Origin: Candidatus Latescibacterota bacterium
Lineage (GTDB): Bacteria; Latescibacterota; UBA2968; GCA-2709665
Direction of reading: 5' to 3'
Assembly (NCBI GenBank): GCA_965219455.1
Contig: OZ244744.1
Location: 4,704,001 to 4,768,000, forward strand
DNA: 64,000 bases
Of this stretch, positions 19,660-29,978 are shown one piece after another. The notes below the pieces were generated by a model. The model was not told the origin of the DNA, ran no database searches, and worked only from the letters and a program-made list of their open reading frames with translations. The translations under genes and the position numbers were made by a program. Each line of letters begins with the position of its first letter. Within the stretch, counting starts at the first letter, position 1.

Positions 19660-22077
19660 ATGTTCCGAAACGTGCTTCTCATCACCTTTCGCAATATGCG
19701 TCGCTACAAGCTCTATTCGGCCATAAATATCGCCGGGCTTGCGGTGGGGATTGCGTGCTGCTTGATGATCGGACTGTTGATAGAAGATGAACTGCGATAC
19801 GACCGGTTTCACCAGCACGCCCACCGAATTTACAGGTTTTCGACTTGGAATAGTGCATCGACTTTTGCGCATCTCGGCCCAAGGCTTGTTGAGGATTTTC
19901 CCGAAGTTGAACAGGTCGTCCGCTTGGCGCGCCTGCCAACAAAAACGTTGACTGTATACCAGGATCGGAAATTTCTCGAGGAAGAACTGTTGTATGCAAC
20001 CCCCGAATTCTTCGACGTATTCTCGTTTACACTCGTTCTGGGCGATCCCACGACCGCGCTGGCGGCGCCCGATGCGATCGTGATTTCCCAGGACATGGCA
20101 AAACGCCTTTTCGGCGACGCAGATCCGATAGGCAAGCCATTGCGGATATCCGCTTGGTTGGAGACAACCACGCTTCAGGTTACGGGCGTACTGGGAGACC
20201 TCCCCCGCCACTCTCATATAGAATTCCGGGGGCTTATCTCCTATGCAGCATATTCCAGTGGTGAACGAAAGTTTTCAGGCGCCTACACGTATCTCCTCCT
20301 GGACGATAAGGTAAAGACACAGAAATTGGTTGACAAACTCCGCGACTGGCTGCCTCATCAGTTTACCGCCAACGAGGATGACGACAAATCCGCCGCCAGC
20401 GCGTCCACTTCCTCTAGACCATTCCGGCTGATGCCACTTACAGATATCCATTTGCATTCTCATATGGAGCAGGAACTGGGCGCCAATCGCGACATTAATG
20501 AATTGTACTTGTTTGGTTCTGTGGGAGTTCTCATCCTGCTGATTGCCTGCGTGAACTACATGAATATGGCCACGGCGCGTTCAGCCAACCGGGCCCGGGA
20601 AGTGGGGCTGCGCAAGGTCGTGGGTGCCGACCGCGGGCAATTGATCCGGCAATTCATGGGCGAAGCCGTTTTTGTCACCATACTTGCATTTGCCGGTGCC
20701 GTAATCCTTACAGAGATGTTTCTTCCGATCCTGAATGCTGCGGTCGGCAAGTCCCTTGGCATAACTTACGGCGGCCGTTTCTTTTGTATCCTGGCTGCGG
20801 CGGCACTCGCGGTCGGGGCACTAGCAGGAAGCTATCCGGCATTCTTCTTGTCGCGTTTTCGCCCCATAGAGATGCTAAAGGACCTTTCAACAACCACACA
20901 CAGGAGCGCAGGATTTCGCAAGAGTCTTGTGGTCATCCAGTTCGTAATCTCAATTGGCCTGATCGGTACGACAGCCGTGGTGATGAGACAGTTGCATTTC
21001 ACAAAGAACAAGAATCTGGGCTTTGATACACGTAATGTGGTTGTACTCGATACGGAGGGAATCGAGTGGAATGTGTATTCCGCGGAGCATCGTTTCCGTA
21101 CTATAAAAGACGAACTGAAGCGGCACCCGGACATCCTCAATGTGTCACTGGCCTCTGTCGTTCCGGGCCAGGACTATTTGCCCAGATCACAGTATACCCT
21201 GATCGACTCGCCTGGCAGCCAACCGAAGTCCATCAAGACAGTGTATATCGATCAGGACTACCTGGAGACGATGGGTATTGAACTTATCGCCGGGCAGAAT
21301 TTTGCGTCCATTTTCGCCAAAAAATCGAATGACGGTGTCATTCTCAATGAATCAGCGGCGGGAGAGATGGGTATCGGTAGTACAACCGGTCAGAGGGTGC
21401 ACATGAAGTTCTGGATGATTGAAACGACTGGCACTATTGTGGGTATTGTGCGAGACTTCCATATTCGGTCGCTGCATCACAGAATCGAACCATTGGCGTT
21501 ACGATTAAATCTTGATGGAAAGTATGTTTGGAATGCCAATGAAATTGCCGCAAAATTGCGACCCGGTACTGTCCAGTCGGCGCTGCCATACCTGAGAGAA
21601 AAATGGGCTGATTTTGCCCCCTCACAATACTTTCGCTATACCTTTCTCGACGCCTATTTTGATTTCGATCAGTTATATCAAAAGGAAACGCGACTTATGC
21701 GCGTATTCGGAGCGTTCTCGGGACTGGCGATCTTTGTCGCCTTTCTCGGGCTATTCGGTCTGGCATCATTCACCGCGGAGAATCGCACCAGAGAATTTGG
21801 CATCCGCAAAGTTCTCGGCGCATCCGAGGTCGACCTCGTTGCCCTGATATCAAGAGATTTCGTATTCCTGGTGATCATTGCCATCGTCATCGCCTGGCCT
21901 CTCGCGTATTTCGGCGCGGAAACCTGGCTGCAAGACTTCGCCTATCGGGTCGACGTCGGCTGGTGGACTTTCGCGCTTGCTGGTGCACTGACGCTCGTTA
22001 TGGCTCTGTTAACCGTCGGCTGGCAGGCCGGCAAAGCCGCCCGCGCAAATCCGGCAGATGTCTTGCGACATGAGTGA
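19660..22077 (+). CDS. MacB/FtsX-like ABC transporter permease (duplicated MacB_PCD-FtsX)
   Basis: YSAINIAGLAVG, RAREVGLRKVVGA, RTREFGIRKVLGAS, ANPADVLRHE. Confidence 0.93.
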   Translation: MFRNVLLITFRNMRRYKLYSAINIAGLAVGIACCLMIGLLIEDELRYDRFHQHAHRIYRFSTWNSASTFAHLGPRLVEDFPEVEQVVRLARLPTKTLTVYQDRKFLEEELLYATPEFFDVFSFTLVLGDPTTALAAPDAIVISQDMAKRLFGDADPIGKPLRISAWLETTTLQVTGVLGDLPRHSHIEFRGLISYAAYSSGERKFSGAYTYLLLDDKVKTQKLVDKLRDWLPHQFTANEDDDKSAASASTSSRPFRLMPLTDIHLHSHMEQELGANRDINELYLFGSVGVLILLIACVNYMNMATARSANRAREVGLRKVVGADRGQLIRQFMGEAVFVTILAFAGAVILTEMFLPILNAAVGKSLGITYGGRFFCILAAAALAVGALAGSYPAFFLSRFRPIEMLKDLSTTTHRSAGFRKSLVVIQFVISIGLIGTTAVVMRQLHFTKNKNLGFDTRNVVVLDTEGIEWNVYSAEHRFRTIKDELKRHPDILNVSLASVVPGQDYLPRSQYTLIDSPGSQPKSIKTVYIDQDYLETMGIELIAGQNFASIFAKKSNDGVILNESAAGEMGIGSTTGQRVHMKFWMIETTGTIVGIVRDFHIRSLHHRIEPLALRLNLDGKYVWNANEIAAKLRPGTVQSALPYLREKWADFAPSQYFRYTFLDAYFDFDQLYQKETRLMRVFGAFSGLAIFVAFLGLFGLASFTAENRTREFGIRKVLGASEVDLVALISRDFVFLVIIAIVIAWPLAYFGAETWLQDFAYRVDVGWWTFALAGALTLVMALLTVGWQAGKAARANPADVLRHE

Positions 22078-22295
22078 TTTCGGCAGTGCCAGGAGAATCG
22101 CTGCGTTCCCCGGCCATCCGGCGGCCTGATTCAGGATCGGTTATGGGCGAAGCCAGTTGGCGGTTTGCAGACACGCAGAGCTCCCATTCACACCGAAGGC
22201 AACCCGCAGCGCGGTTCCGGAACAGATTCCCCAAAAGCAATCTCGTTAGATTATGGGAGACTTTCTCCATACAACTGCAGGTTAGGAACGATAGT

Positions 22296-23848
22296 CCTCA
22301 ATGTGAAATAAATCAGGCGGCTTTCTGGAGCGCGTTGCAGATTTTACGGTATTGTTTTTCGGTGTGCTTGTTGCGTTGGAGGCGCAGGGTTAGACGCCCT
22401 TCGGGTCGCACGAGGTGTCCGGCTCGGTTGATGAGCTCGAACCGGAGAGTACGTATGGATTTGAGCGGCCATCGGTTGGTATTTTTCAAGGTGCGATTGC
22501 GTTTTGTGAGTCCGGTTTCGATTTGGAAGTTGACCAGGAGGTTGTGCGCGAGAATGACGAACTGTTGCCAGGCACTATTGGCGTGGTAATGGTGCGTGGG
22601 GATGGTATCGAAGCTAAGTCCGGTCTTGAGTTCGCCAATGGCTTTTTCGTGGGCACCACGGCCTGCCATGAAGCGCCAGAGCGCGCGCAACTTGAAGGGT
22701 AGATTGGTAGCCACCGCACTGTATTCGAAGGTGCCATCATCGGGATCGAACAGGTCCAACTGGTAGTTCTTTCGGGTTTGATGCATCACGCGTTTTCGAA
22801 AGATGGCAATGTTGAGGGTGCGTTTCCATTTTTTGACCGTCAGCGTTGACGTGAAGCCGTCGACGCCCTTCTCGATGCGCTGCCAGTTGCTGCATTGACG
22901 GATTTTGTGCTGTAAGTCCAGGCCTTTCCAGAAGGGTACCTTGATGGCATACGAGGCCTTGTTCTTGATGAGCGTGTTCACCACATCCTCTTTGAAAAAG
23001 GCGCCATCCATGCGGAATCGCAGAGTGTAGGCGTGTCCCAAGGTCTCTTTGATCTGGGAAAACACGTCCTTTAGAAACAGGATGGAGGCGCTGCCATCAT
23101 TGACGTTGCCTGCCCGGTTGTGCACGCCCAGAAAATGACCACTGTCGGCCAGGTAGGCGGTGATCGGATAGTAACTGGGGACTTTGCGATGATGCGGATT
23201 ATACCCGCGGCGGGCACCGCCGACGCGTTTTCCGGTGCACAAGACGGTGCCGTCCACGTCGATCGTCAATTTTCGGGCGCGCAACAGGTTGATCTTATGG
23301 GCAACCACGTCGGCGTTGAGGGCTTTCAGGGCGTTGAGACCCTTGTCGGAAAACCGTCTCAGAAACGTACTCACGCTGCGGGGGGTCGGTAGATCCGTCA
23401 GACCGCAAAACCGCTGCAGCAGGGGATCTCCTTTCAAGAAATCCAGATGCCGCAACCGACGGCCGCCTACCCACAGCAAACCCAACAGAACACGGCACAG
23501 GCTCACCACACCGAAATCGCCGCCAAAGCCCACACTGCCCAGGTGACGGCGCAACTGCCTGTTCCAATCCACGTTTCGCAAATATCGCATCAACAGTTCC
23601 AAACCCGCATACGAGGTGAGGCCTTCACCGGTGAATTCCATCTTCAAATTGTCGTTGACACGCGCGTGCAAATCCGCTTTCTTTCGTCTCACTGTACGTG
23701 GCCTTTCGTTTTGGGTTAAATGGGTCGTTTGTCGCTTCCCAATATACCAAAATGGAAGGCCTTTTCCTATTGAAAAATATAGACTTATTCGCATTCTCGC
23801 TTAGTCTTCAATACCCCGAAATTCATCAACATTATTTTCGCATTGAGG
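22296..23848 (-). mobile_element. Complete IS1380-family insertion sequence (1,553 bp)
   Basis: TIRs CCTCAATGTGAAA / TTTCGCATTGAGG; TAGT duplicated at 22292-22295 and 23849-23852. Confidence 0.9.
22313..23692 (-). CDS. IS1380 family DDE transposase
   Basis: LTSYAGL, TIDVDGT, GYNP..SYYP, FRMDGAF, RGAHEKAIGELK, ANSAW; GTG start with GAAAGG RBS. Confidence 0.92.
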   Translation of the reverse strand: MRRKKADLHARVNDNLKMEFTGEGLTSYAGLELLMRYLRNVDWNRQLRRHLGSVGFGGDFGVVSLCRVLLGLLWVGGRRLRHLDFLKGDPLLQRFCGLTDLPTPRSVSTFLRRFSDKGLNALKALNADVVAHKINLLRARKLTIDVDGTVLCTGKRVGGARRGYNPHHRKVPSYYPITAYLADSGHFLGVHNRAGNVNDGSASILFLKDVFSQIKETLGHAYTLRFRMDGAFFKEDVVNTLIKNKASYAIKVPFWKGLDLQHKIRQCSNWQRIEKGVDGFTSTLTVKKWKRTLNIAIFRKRVMHQTRKNYQLDLFDPDDGTFEYSAVATNLPFKLRALWRFMAGRGAHEKAIGELKTGLSFDTIPTHHYHANSAWQQFVILAHNLLVNFQIETGLTKRNRTLKNTNRWPLKSIRTLRFELINRAGHLVRPEGRLTLRLQRNKHTEKQYRKICNALQKAA

Positions 23849-23994
23849 TAGTGACCGAAACGAAATCCGAACGGAGGCGCCATCACGATTGGAGTTGAAC
23901 CGAGAGCGGCCCGCATTCCACAGGTATCCCCGCAATTAGCCCGCCACCTACCGGATTCTTCAACCTATCCCGCCGTACGGCTCGCAAGCCATTG

Positions 23995-24027
23995 AATCCA
24001 GGAATTCGCCTGGATTTTTTCGTTTTT
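23995..24027 (+). terminator. Intrinsic terminator
   Basis: AATCCAGG-aattcg-CCTGGATT followed by T-run. Confidence 0.6.
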
Positions 24028-24221
24028 CCAGATTTCATTTAAGACATTTAATAACAAATAAATATATGTGTTCTATCCACACTTCCGAAACGAGAAACAG
24101 GGGAGGGGGGGACTTGATTTTGCGGCACGTTGAGACCATATTCCATACGTAGTCTGCAATCGCTGGACAAGAAGGACGGGTTTAACCCGGCGAATCGTCT
24201 GAGAAAACAGGACAATCCGAT

Positions 24222-25175
24222 ATGCCAGCGGATGATATCACCCTGAATTGGGCGCCTCGGGTAAAACAGGCTCGAATACTGCGTCTCTACCGATTCGCGG
24301 GCATGGGTATCTACGATGAAGACGCGCTTCAAGACGTGGGCACGTCGCTATATGCCCGTAGTGTGAACATTGCGACTGTCGCCGACGCATTTCAGTACGG
24401 GCTGGTGGCCTGTCCCCATTGCCAGATGCGCGTCCAGCGCCGGATAGATCCCCTTTACGGCCTGGGTTGGCACGGCGAACGCGGCCGGTGGTTTCACTGT
24501 CCGCACTGCGCCAGCCGACTCTTATGGACGGAATGCCGAAAGGCGCTCCGCGAAAAACCCCGCTGTTTTGACTGCCGTACGTTGATGAGGGGGCAAGGTC
24601 GACTCCGCTGCAACTGCGGGACGGAATGGGACTCCAAAGCCTATCACCGTTCCGTCGGATCGCGCGTGCGGCTTCCATGCCCTGCATGCAAGGTAATAAT
24701 TCGCAAACCGGAGGTGGCCGGGCGTCAGCGAGGAGACCGTCCAGCCGCTGATGAACGGCTTAAATGTCCCGTATGCCAGGGTACAGCCCATCACTCCGGC
24801 GGCGAAATCCGGTGCGATGGATGCGGTTACAGGCGCCGGTGGAGGGATTATCGGAAAGGCCTCAAGAAACGCGATGAGAGACTTGAATGCGGGACCTGCG
24901 GTCACGTGTTTACCTGGCAGGTCTGGCGCAAGAACGCGAAGCCTCTCACCACGGGCAACCCGCAACCGGCGCGAGACTTCGTGCGGTCCTGGCCGAGATG
25001 CAGCACACCCGAACAGCAAATGATACAGATTGACTTTCTGCTGCAGACTCTGCACGGCCGAGGCCCGTTGGCCCCGCTCTTCATTGAAGGGAACGAGCGA
25101 AGCGTCCGGGCGCTCCTTGACGAACTCGTTTCGCAAGTCGCTCCCGGGAACCAGGGAGGAAGGGTTGGCACTTGA
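24222..25175 (+). CDS. Cys-rich multi-zinc-ribbon hypothetical protein
   Basis: Eight Cys pairs: CPHC x2, CFDC, CNC, CPAC, CPVC, CDGC, CGTC. Confidence 0.8.
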   Translation: MPADDITLNWAPRVKQARILRLYRFAGMGIYDEDALQDVGTSLYARSVNIATVADAFQYGLVACPHCQMRVQRRIDPLYGLGWHGERGRWFHCPHCASRLLWTECRKALREKPRCFDCRTLMRGQGRLRCNCGTEWDSKAYHRSVGSRVRLPCPACKVIIRKPEVAGRQRGDRPAADERLKCPVCQGTAHHSGGEIRCDGCGYRRRWRDYRKGLKKRDERLECGTCGHVFTWQVWRKNAKPLTTGNPQPARDFVRSWPRCSTPEQQMIQIDFLLQTLHGRGPLAPLFIEGNERSVRALLDELVSQVAPGNQGGRVGT

Positions 25176-25268
25176 TTCCGTGGCATGTATTCTTGTTTCC
25201 CTGCATCGCGGAACTGATAATGGAGTGCGCTTTGTGATTCTTAGGAAATCGGTCAAACGGTCACTACG

Positions 25269-25742
25269 ATGATCAAGAGAAGAGTCGTACGAGCGGTGAT
25301 GGTGACGCCGGATCGCCGTGTACTGCTGATGAAGATCCGGGAGCCAGTAACCGGGTTTGAGTTTTGGGTTACTCCCGGTGGGGGCCTGGAACCCGGTGAA
25401 TCTGATGAGGATGCGCTTCGCCGGGAGGTCGCGGAGGAGACTGATGCTACAAGGATCTCTCCGGGAAAACAGGTCTGGACCAGACGGTGTGAATTTACGT
25501 GGGACCGCCGCGACTACAGCCGGGACGAATTCTACTATCTCGTACAGACCGACCCCTTCGATCCCGTCATGGACATGCAGGCGGCTCCCGGCGAGGCATC
25601 GGCCTTCCGCGAGTTCCACTGGTGGTCTATTGACGCCATCGGCAGGTCCGAAGAGACATTCTCGCCGCGCAATCTTCATCGCCTCATAGAGAGTTTAGTC
25701 AGGAACGGACCGCCGGATGAACCGACTGACGTCAGCGCATGA
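25269..25742 (+). CDS. NUDIX hydrolase
   Basis: WVTPGGGLEPGESDEDALRREVAEET. Confidence 0.9.
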   Translation: MIKRRVVRAVMVTPDRRVLLMKIREPVTGFEFWVTPGGGLEPGESDEDALRREVAEETDATRISPGKQVWTRRCEFTWDRRDYSRDEFYYLVQTDPFDPVMDMQAAPGEASAFREFHWWSIDAIGRSEETFSPRNLHRLIESLVRNGPPDEPTDVSA

Positions 25743-25812
25743 TCGAGAGATCAGAAGCGCGGAAAATTACATGAGAGACTACACGAAACGTAACCGGGAG
25801 CGGGAATCATGA
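25741..25812 (+). pseudogene. C-terminal scrap of a RelE/HigB (Gp49-like) toxin
   Basis: [23 protein letters not shown], stop overlaps the antitoxin start (ATGA). Confidence 0.55.
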
Positions 25813-26054
25813 GCGATGTAGAACGGTATATTGCGCGGCGAAAAAAGACCGATCCCGAATTTGCAGAAGGATTCGAGGAAGGGTATAAGGAGTTCGAATT
25901 CGGCGTTTTGCTGCGGCAGGCCCGACAGGAAGCCGGCTTAACCCAGGAGCAACTCGCCAGGTTGATGCATACAAAAAAGACAGCGATTTCTCGCCTGGAG
26001 AACCGTGCCGGAGACATTCGGTTGTCAACGCTGAGAAAGGCCGCCAGGGCATAG
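25809..26054 (+). CDS. XRE/HTH antitoxin (HigA-like), probably with a premature stop
   Basis: [31 protein letters not shown]; TAG then in-frame SKELVLNLK* to 26084. Confidence 0.8.
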   Translation: MSDVERYIARRKKTDPEFAEGFEEGYKEFEFGVLLRQARQEAGLTQEQLARLMHTKKTAISRLENRAGDIRLSTLRKAARA

Positions 26055-26100
26055 AGTAAAGAACTGGTATTGAACCTGAAATAGGCTTTGGTCAGAAAAC

Positions 26101-26135
26101 GAGCTTTCAGCATTCAGCTTTCAGCCGTCAGACCA
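26101..26135 (+). repeat. Heptamer tandem repeat (CAGCNNT)x5
   Basis: gagcttt cagcatt cagcttt cagccgt cagacca. Confidence 0.7.
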
Positions 26136-26516
26136 CCCATCCCACAACCAGCCGGGGGTCCCGCGGAAGAGGCAGACCGCTGAACGCTTGGAGATTCGCA
26201 CGTCTGTCAACGCGACAATTCCCACGCATTACGGTGCCTGAAGGGCATGTTGACTAATCCGAAAATTGCTGCGTCCGACACAGGTACACCTCACCGCAAT
26301 CCTGCCCCGAGTCAACAATTAACAACCGCTCCCGGATCAGGACGCCTTAACCTGTCATTCCCTACCTGACCCACAAGCCCCTGAGGTCCCACACCTTCAT
26401 GGCGAGGCTTCGGAAGCGTCCAATTTCCTCACAACCGTCAATCCACCTGTTCGTTCCAGGTCTCGAGTTCAGGAAAACGTCCACGAACAATGTCTGAAAG
26501 GAGTCGTCGCGCCAGA

Positions 26517-27107
26517 ATGCAGACGCTCATACTCGTGAAGCACTCATTGCCGAAGATCGATCCCTCCGTCCCCGCAAGGGAATGGCGTCTTTCCGAGGAA
26601 GGGCGGCGGCGTGCGCGGAAATTGGGTGAGAGATTGGACAGATACGATCTCGATGTAATTGGCAGCAGTGCCGAACCCAAGGCCATCGAAACGGCTGGAA
26701 TCGCGGCCGGCGTGCTGAACGTCCCGGTGGAAGTCGTCGAGGGGCTGCATGAACATGAGCGCGAGAACGTCGGCTTCCTGGAAAAAGAACGATTCCAGCA
26801 ATCGATCAGGCGATTTTACGAGCAACCCGCCGATCTGGTTTTTGGCGAGGAAACCGCGGATAGCGCGCATGACAGGTTCTCGAAGACCGTATATGGTCTT
26901 TCAGACCGTATTCCTCAGGAAAATATCGCGATCGTCACGCATGGGACCGTGCTGAGCCAGTTCGTGAGCCGAAATTCAGATTTGGAACCGTTTGCGTTGT
27001 GGAAAGAGCTGGGTCTGCCGTCCTGGGTCGTCCTGTCCCGCCCAGGTTTTGACGTGGTCGAAATATGTCGGAGCTTCGGGGACGGGGGTTCCTCTGGTGC
27101 GGAATAA
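26517..27107 (+). CDS. Histidine phosphatase family protein
   Basis: LILVKHS, LSEEG, SSAEPKAIET, GLHEHER, VTHG. Confidence 0.85.
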   Translation: MQTLILVKHSLPKIDPSVPAREWRLSEEGRRRARKLGERLDRYDLDVIGSSAEPKAIETAGIAAGVLNVPVEVVEGLHEHERENVGFLEKERFQQSIRRFYEQPADLVFGEETADSAHDRFSKTVYGLSDRIPQENIAIVTHGTVLSQFVSRNSDLEPFALWKELGLPSWVVLSRPGFDVVEICRSFGDGGSSGAE

Positions 27108-27180
27108 CCGCGCTATTGGCATTCGTCGGTCTTGCCGCGCCGCAGGTTGGCTGTCGGTGGGTGGTATCTCGAGTGTTGCT

Positions 27181-27624
27181 ATGGACGGATTGAGGACTCG
27201 CAAGGCGATCCAGGCGGACGTTGACTTCGCTTTTGCCGTGAAGGAGGCGGCGTTTCGCGAATACGCCGAACAGGTCTGGGGCTGGGATGGAATCGATCAG
27301 CGAGAATTGCACGATTTGCGATTTGCATCACAGGATGTACACATCATCCAGTTTCGAGGGATCGACGTCGGCTATTTTTCCACGTCCTCGACTGCCGATG
27401 CAGTTAGAGTCCACCAGATCTATATCCTTCCTGAATACCAGCGGAAGGGGATCGGATCGGCATGCATGAGCCACATAGTCGCTGATGCCCGCGCACGGAA
27501 AATGGCGGTCAGGCTTCAGGTTCTGAAGATCAACACTCGCGGTATTTCGTTCTACCAGAGGCTGGGATTTGAGATCGTCGATGAAGATGATACGCACGTC
27601 CAAATGGTGAATCTGACAGAGTGA
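27181..27624 (+). CDS. GNAT acetyltransferase
   Basis: IYILPEYQRKGIGS, VLKIN, FYQRLGF. Confidence 0.88.
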   Translation: MDGLRTRKAIQADVDFAFAVKEAAFREYAEQVWGWDGIDQRELHDLRFASQDVHIIQFRGIDVGYFSTSSTADAVRVHQIYILPEYQRKGIGSACMSHIVADARARKMAVRLQVLKINTRGISFYQRLGFEIVDEDDTHVQMVNLTE

Positions 27625-27675
27625 ATCCGATCAGTACCAATCAAACCCACAACACAATCTCCAAAATTAGGGGAC

Positions 27676-27711
27676 AAAAAGGAAAACCTGCCAGTTTGTA
27701 TGCTGGCAGGT
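27676..27711 (-). terminator. Terminator between convergent genes
   Basis: ACCTGCCAG-8 nt-CTGGCAGGT with A-runs on the left. Confidence 0.65.
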
Positions 27712-27738
27712 CGTAGATAGCGTTATGGGATACGAGGG

Positions 27739-27960
27739 TTACTCTAAGGCATCGAGTCTTGTTTTGTTTTCAGTGATACGTTCCCCGAAGGAATCCAGGC
27801 GTTTGTCGATACGCTGGATGTCTTGCCTTAGTTCTCGAATGTCGGCTTTGAGGTCATTTCTTATGCTATCCATCATAAGCCAGACCAGCATGACCGTAGT
27901 CAGTATGGTTGTTGCGACGGCAGCGATTGTCGAGGTCGCAATAAATTTTCTGTCGTTCAT
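27739..27960 (-). CDS. Small membrane-anchored coiled-coil protein
   Basis: GGAG RBS; N-terminal TM then heptads IRNDLKADIRELRQDIQRIDKRLD. Confidence 0.7.
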   Translation of the reverse strand: MNDRKFIATSTIAAVATTILTTVMLVWLMMDSIRNDLKADIRELRQDIQRIDKRLDSFGERITENKTRLDALE

Positions 27961-28161
27961 TGCGTACTCCCGTAGAGAGATTTCTTGTGACCAGTTACAG
28001 TAAAAATCTAACATAGCGGGGGCTTATGTCAAGGCAAAACATAAGCCTTGTCAAGCTGAATTGTTACAAAGGAGATGGATATGAGGCTTGTCTCCCCGGA
28101 GAAAAAGCGGTAGGAATTTGGGTGATGAAAATCGTTTGCAATTTGAGGATCGGGAGATGCG

Positions 28162-28518
28162 ATGAGGAGGTTTGGACTGATAGCGGTTCTGGCATGTGTA
28201 TATGCATGTGCTACCGGCGGCGGAGCAAGTCGGGCACCGGTTACGTTTGAAATTGGAAGTGTTGAAGCGTGGCGAAGTTTAAAACCTGGGATGTCGAAGG
28301 AAGATGTGAAAAGGGTTCTGGGCGATCCGCTGGCGGTAGCGGTTTCTGAAGCGTCTAATGTTGAGGGAGGCGTTGTCGAAAATAAATTTTGGGAACAATC
28401 GGAATATCCGCCAAGAGGGTTTGTTGTATTTTTGCGGGATACCAGTTTTTTAGGTAGCGCGCCGAAGGTTATGAGGTGGCGAGAGCCAGGCGAATGGGAG
28501 AAGGATGAAAGTAGATAA
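28162..28518 (+). CDS. Lipoprotein, SmpA/BamE-like fold
   Basis: Lipobox-like VYAC; LKPGMSKEDVKRVLGDP. Confidence 0.7.
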   Translation: MRRFGLIAVLACVYACATGGGASRAPVTFEIGSVEAWRSLKPGMSKEDVKRVLGDPLAVAVSEASNVEGGVVENKFWEQSEYPPRGFVVFLRDTSFLGSAPKVMRWREPGEWEKDESR

Positions 28519-28567
28519 TTTGAGGTTTTAGAATGTGACTTTTGGTTATAATTCCCCAAAATTACCC

Positions 28568-28607
28568 TTGCCATCTGACAGATGGTTGTATATACTTAGT
28601 ATATACA
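28568..28607 (+). promoter_or_regulatory. mazEF promoter with palindromic operator
   Basis: TTGCCA-17-TATACT; perfect IR TGTATATACT-t-AGTATATACA (28587-28607) and CCATCTG-a-CAGATGG. Confidence 0.8.
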
Positions 28608-28639
28608 TCATGGACTCGCTGATTTCAAGGAGGTAGCTG

Positions 28640-28888
28640 ATGGTGACCAGAGTACAAAAATGGGGCAACAGCCAGGGACTTCGTTTTTCCAAAGCAATCA
28701 TGTCGGAATCTCAAATCAATGTGGGAGATCAAGTTAACGTCTCCGTGAAAGACGGACAGATCATTGTCGAACCCTTGACTAAAGTGCGGGGGAAATACGA
28801 CTTGTCTGAACTGGTTGCAAGAATGCCGTCGAACTATCAGGTCGAAGCATTGGATTGGGGCGAGCCCGCAGGGAAAGAAGGCTGGTAG
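28640..28888 (+). CDS. mazE: MazE/AbrB family antitoxin
   Basis: VQKWGNSQGLRF...LSELV...WGEPAGKE. Confidence 0.92.
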   Translation: MVTRVQKWGNSQGLRFSKAIMSESQINVGDQVNVSVKDGQIIVEPLTKVRGKYDLSELVARMPSNYQVEALDWGEPAGKEGW

Positions 28889-29233
28889 ATGCCAGAATAC
28901 GTTCCCGGACAAGGCGATTTCATTGTTTTGAGTTTCAGTCCGCAGTCCGGACATGAGCAGAAGGGCCGTCGTCCCGCTCTGGTTATCAGTCGTACGCCGT
29001 TTAACAGACATACAGGGCTTGCCGTGGTGTGCCCGATCATCAGCACCTTCAGGGATATTCCCTTTCATGTTGCCATTCCTGAAGGAAAGCCAATCAGCGG
29101 GTATATTATGGTAGAACAGATCAAATCAGTTGATTTCAACAGCCGGATGGCGAAGCTTGTCTCAAAAGCGCCTCAGTCTGTGCTCAATGAAGTCTTGAGT
29201 ATTCTCGATGCCTGCATTTACGATCCTCCGTGA
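28889..29233 (+). CDS. mazF: MazF/PemK family mRNA interferase
   Basis: YVPGQGD..FSPQSGHEQKGRRPALVIS..FN, QIKSVD. Confidence 0.92.
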   Translation: MPEYVPGQGDFIVLSFSPQSGHEQKGRRPALVISRTPFNRHTGLAVVCPIISTFRDIPFHVAIPEGKPISGYIMVEQIKSVDFNSRMAKLVSKAPQSVLNEVLSILDACIYDPP

Positions 29234-29272
29234 AAGTGCCTGAGTAGACATCTTACCGGAAGACAATCAGAC

Positions 29273-29566
29273 ATGCCAGGCGAAATCGTGGACGCCAGGA
29301 CGTTTATAGGAAAGATGGCCCGGATCGTGATCGACCGCCCTCTGGGATCCAGGCATCCCGAACGAGGGTTCATCTATCCCGTCAACTACGGTTTCCTCCC
29401 GAACGTCCCGGCGCCCGACGGTGAAAATCTCGACGCCTATATCCTCGGTGTGTTCAAACCGATAGAGCGCTTCAGGGGCAGGTGTATCGCCGTTATTCAA
29501 CGGTCTGACGACGATGACGACAAGCTCGTTGTCGCGCCTGAAGGCACCCCTCTGTGCCTATATTAA
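29273..29566 (+). pseudogene. Short inorganic pyrophosphatase-like protein, C-terminally truncated
   Basis: IDRPLGSRHP, YPVNYGF, DGENLDAY, DDKLVV; ends abruptly in TPLCLY. Confidence 0.65.
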
Positions 29567-29978
29567 TGAGACAGCGGTCCCCCGTAAATTAGTGAGCAGG
29601 CTAAAGGGTGCAGGAGTGCCGAATGATGTTGGATGCATTGAGGCAGGTTTAAATTGGTAGCGATGTGGTTGAGACGATGGCACTATATGATGCATCTCTG
29701 AATAGGTTCGGGATACAAGCTTCAAAGTGTGATGTTCCCGAACGTTCGGGAATTCTTCGATCTGGACCGCATTACCGTACATGTTCGCCAATGCCGTCGT
29801 TATGCAAAACTGGCGCAAAGGCAGAGTCCAACCACCGTGGTAATCGCTCACAAAACCTTCTATCGCTTTATCCTTTGTTATCGTCGTACCAGTCGAAAAA
29901 AGCGGAAGCACGAATCGATAGCTCCTGGTCCTCACTCCAACTGTATAGGTTACTCGACGATAAGGTAGGGTACATCTC

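Noticed and set aside
29600-29970. Short ORFs at 29665 and 29729
   Set aside because: No recognisable motif or RBS; probably decayed DNA
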